Shown: piece by piece, positions 37,131-40,274 of the stretch
How the letters are laid out: each line of letters starts with the position of its first letter
Position numbering within the stretch: position 1 is the first letter of the stretch
Origin: Octopus bimaculoides
Taxonomy: Eukaryota
Direction: 5' to 3'
Assembly (NCBI RefSeq): GCF_001194135.2
Contig: NC_069004.1
Coordinates: 34,626,597 to 34,666,870, forward strand
Length of the DNA stretch: 40,274 bases
Made by a program: the position numbers and the translations under genes
Notes under the pieces: model-generated
Seen by the model: only the letters and a program-made list of their open reading frames with translations
Databases searched by the model: none
What the model was told of the DNA's origin: nothing

Positions 37131-37892
37131 TATCGAGAATGCTGAAACTTTGACTAACAATGGCATAATGTCCGTTATTTCCTTGTCGTTCACCGCCCCC
37201 CACCACCAATACCAAAACCAGAAAGAATAAAAGACAAAAACAAGTCCCCCAAAAAACAACTCAAAAACTTCCCCAGATAAAACAACTCAAACACGCGCAC
37301 ACAAAGAAAAAAGAACCTATTCTCGAATGGAATCAAAAGGAACAATACCAAGGAAGACAACGCCTTTGAGACATTTCCCTCCCCCCACCCCATCTTTCCC
37401 AAGCCCCTTCTTTTTTTAATCTTTCATTCGTTCATTCTGTCTCGCCATATTTTTTTCTTTCTTTTTCTTCGAATTCCTTCTGCTCTTCCCAGTTTTCCGT
37501 TTGTTTTTCGTTTATGTTTTGTTTTTCCATGTAGTTTATGGTAAGTTTTTCTTTGAGTTTTGTTTGCGAACGTTTCTTCATCTACTATCGTTATTATTAT
37601 TATTATTATTTTCTTTGAGATTTTTCATTTCGTTAGGGACGGGAATGGGGGGAAAAAGATGTGAGACGGGGTTTTGTTTTAATGTTTCGTTCACTACACA
37701 CCGAACAAGAAAAATGGAGTCTTAAGTTGATGGAAAAGGCTCAGGCTCACTTGAGTTTGAAAGGAAAACTCCTTTACACTGTTCTTATGCACACGTGGCT
37801 CTTTCGGGTTATCCTCTCTTTATTTTAAGTCAAGCGGATAGCGACTTCTCTCGTAATCACCCCGTCTTTCTTAACGCCACCACCACCATCAC

Positions 37893-37928
<36 letters not shown>

Positions 37929-38203
37929 CAAGAGGACTATGGCGGACAGGGACTTAAATACCAGTGTCGTACTGGGGGCTCATTTAATCGACTGTTTCTG
38001 CTACATTTATTCCGATATTTGTAGCATTGTGTCATCAAAGTTCGGAATCATTCCATTGTCCGTCTGTCCGTCTGTCTGTCTGTGTGTCTGATATATAGTA
38101 TTTATTGATTATTTCAAGATGAATGGAAATGGCCGTGGAATTTCAACTTACCACAAGAGACCAAAGAATACAAAGAAAACGCCACAAATCTGAATCACTC
38201 ATT

Positions 38204-38239
<36 letters not shown>

Positions 38240-38344
38240 GTCGGTGTATAACGCACGCACTTTCACAACATTACATATAACCACACAAACACAACGACAT
38301 ATTCACTGGCTTAGAAAGGAACACACAATAGGAAGAAGACAATA

Positions 38345-38770
38345 AAAGCATCTTTCCCAATCAATGTCTCCGATAACCATTTCGAGACATGTGAAAAAGT
38401 TTGGAGCGATGGTATCTCCTTGTTCGACGCCCTTCCCAACTGGAACGCTAGAGAGTGATAAGAGCAGATCATATCGATGGTACATCTCTTGTCTGCCTCC
38501 CTAAGATATCTGATATACTGTGCCTCGAACCCTTGCATCTCCAGACACTTCAGGTCTGCATTCTTTACATCGACGCTATCGACAGCCCTTTCATCAACTC
38601 TGAAGACGACACAAAGAAGCAGCTGACACTCTTTTTCGCGCATCCTAAAAGTTCTGTTTGAGTGAACATATTGGCTGATCGGGATGTTGTTCTCCGGAAA
38701 ACCTGCTTCTTAGGCTGCTGGTTGTCGAGTTCTTTCGATAATCTGCTCACTGTGACTTTTATAAACAACT
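38345..38770 (-). mobile_element. Degraded RTE-clade LINE, reverse transcriptase fragment
   Basis: Across frames: TVSRLSKELDNQQPKKQ(V)FRR .. QLLLCVVFRVDERAVDSV .. QGFEAQYIRYLRE .. PVGKGVEQGDTIAPNFFTCLEMVIGDIDWE. This matches the RTE RT motifs QP.EQAGFR, LCLVF.D.EKAFDSV and GV.QGD.ISP.LF. Confidence 0.9.
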
Positions 38771-38885
38771 TGAAGAGGTAAAACAAGAAGAATGTGGAAT
38801 GAGAGTTTCTCGGATTTCTCCTATCTTAAAAGTTTCGACTATTTCCACCCCCTTCTTTCCCTCTTCGTGTATCCATAGTAACCTA

Positions 38886-39105
38886 AGGTGACGAGGCTGG
38901 CAGAGTGGTTAGCACGCAGGGAAAAATGCTTAGCGGCATTTCGTCCTTCACTTTCTGAGTTCAAATTCTGCGGAAGTTAATCTTGCCTTTCATCCTTTAG
39001 GGGACGATAAAATAAATACCAGTTGAGTATAGGTGTGGCAATCTAATGGACTTAACCTCTAGTCAGGAACTGCTGGCCTTGTGTCAAAATCCGAAATCAA
39101 TATTT
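38886..39105 (+). mobile_element. tRNA-derived SINE, family A, near full length
   Basis: A-box TGGCAGAGTGG (38898-38908), B-box GAGTTCAAATTC (38957-38968), TTGCCTTTCATCCTTT segment. Confidence 0.9.
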
Positions 39106-39379
39106 CTTGCAACGTAGAACGAGAATTTTCCCGAATATGTTCTCTCCAGCTTTTTAAAATTACCGTTTCTACGCCATCTTTTCCTGGAACTGTATCTCTT
39201 TTCAACCAACGTTAAACATTCTCAATTTTACAAGGCAAATAGTAAAGTGGGGCGCATTTATTCCTATACGTATGACGATAGAGGTTTTATAGACTAAAAG
39301 CTAATGCAAAAGGTTTCTTTTCATCCTTTTTGTGCCTCATTGAGAGCCCATGTTTGTTCCTAGGGGTCGTCGCCTTTGA

Positions 39380-39750
39380 TGGGCAACTATGGAAAATGAT
39401 GAGTAACGACTGCTAACTACACAAAGAGACAAGGGAAGATCCATTCAACGATTATTGTTGTGGTAGCATGGCCTTAATGTGGTAATTCGAGTGCGTAAAC
39501 GTGAAATAAAGAAACCATAAATTCAGTTGGGTTCAACATAACGCAAGGCTCACAAACGATAAGTGAGCCCGTGCAGTCGTCGATTGGTCTCCAAGAGATC
39601 AGAAGAAATCACGTTGAAGACTTCCAGCATGACAGGAAGAAGACAGTAAAATAAATTCTAGGCCAAATGGAAGATAAGTGCTCAATCAAGAGGAGAATGG
39701 AAGCTCATTGTGGTCAGCAATGTACAAAGACATCTGATAATCTGATTGAC
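39380..39750 (+). mobile_element. Degraded RTE-clade LINE 3' end
   Basis: Translation WATMENDE*RLLTTQR .. WVQHNARLTNDK*ARAVVDWSPRDQKKSR*RLP. This matches the RTE C-terminal motifs ETW..RL..TQR.MER, WAGH.AR..D.RW...V.EW.PR..KR.RGRP. Confidence 0.85.
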
Positions 39751-39905
39751 GTGTGTCTGCTTATGGTGCACAGAGGTACGTGAGACAAGTTCCAAACAGT
39801 GACCAAGAACCGGGGACAAGGTTTGTTTATGGTTATTGCAGTTGGCAGCTCACACCTTGTTATTCGAATATCACGTTCGTGATCGTCAGACGAAATACAA
39901 AGTAC

Positions 39906-39942
<37 letters not shown>

Positions 39943-40274
39943 GTACGAATCCTAACAACATTTGTGTTTATGTACAATCGACATTCGATTGCTATTTATA
40001 CCGACAATTTCAAAACATTATCGGGACGTCATGATCATTCCATCAATATCTATCTATCTATCTATCTATCTACCTATGCGTCTATCTGCCTGTTTGTCGA
40101 TCTTTCTATCAAAGTCTGTAGTCTGCATTTCTACCAATTTTTCGATATGTTCAGCCATTCACCCTGCATTTTGAATATCTTTGTACTTTTGTTTTTCTCC
40201 TTATATCCCTCTGCATTTCCTTCCCCCCTCTCTCTCTCTCTTTCTCTCTCCCTCTCCCCCTCCCCTCTCTCTCT

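Noticed and set aside
39855-39892. Minus-strand CTGACGA-hairpin-GAAT hammerhead-like remnant
   Set aside because: GAAA is mutated to GAAT, and no stem I or stem III partner is found.
1-40274. tRNA genes, CRISPR arrays, rRNA
   Set aside because: All A/B-box motifs belong to SINE heads without a complete cloverleaf. No repeat-spacer array or rRNA-like sequence is seen.

Overview
Eukaryotic, AT-rich, repeat-saturated draft-assembly DNA with 17 N-gaps, nearly all flanked by microsatellites. The SINE set and the density of TA/CA/GA/GATA repeats look like Octopus (coleoid cephalopod) intronic or intergenic DNA; this comes from my recollection of these repeat families, not from a search. I find no confidently supported host protein-coding gene. 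Most ORF-track entries are microsatellite or N-gap artefacts. What can be supported: (i) about 14 tRNA-head SINE copies or fragments of three families; (ii) degraded LINE fragments, namely three R4/Dong-like RLE pieces, one CR1/L2-group 3' end and two RTE pieces; (iii) two small MITE-like elements; (iv) many simple repeats. The most unusual signals are: a minus-strand type-I hammerhead ribozyme fold of the Penelope-like kind at 19670-19741; next to it, a perfect palindrome made of the U1 snRNA 5' end and its 5' splice-site complement (19550-19576); a 1.9-kb non-tandem cluster of 26 TGACCA/TGGTCA hexamers (26088-28011); and several inverted-repeat dsRNA-forming structures. All alignments, counts and folds were done by eye, and element boundaries are approximate (about +/-20 nt).
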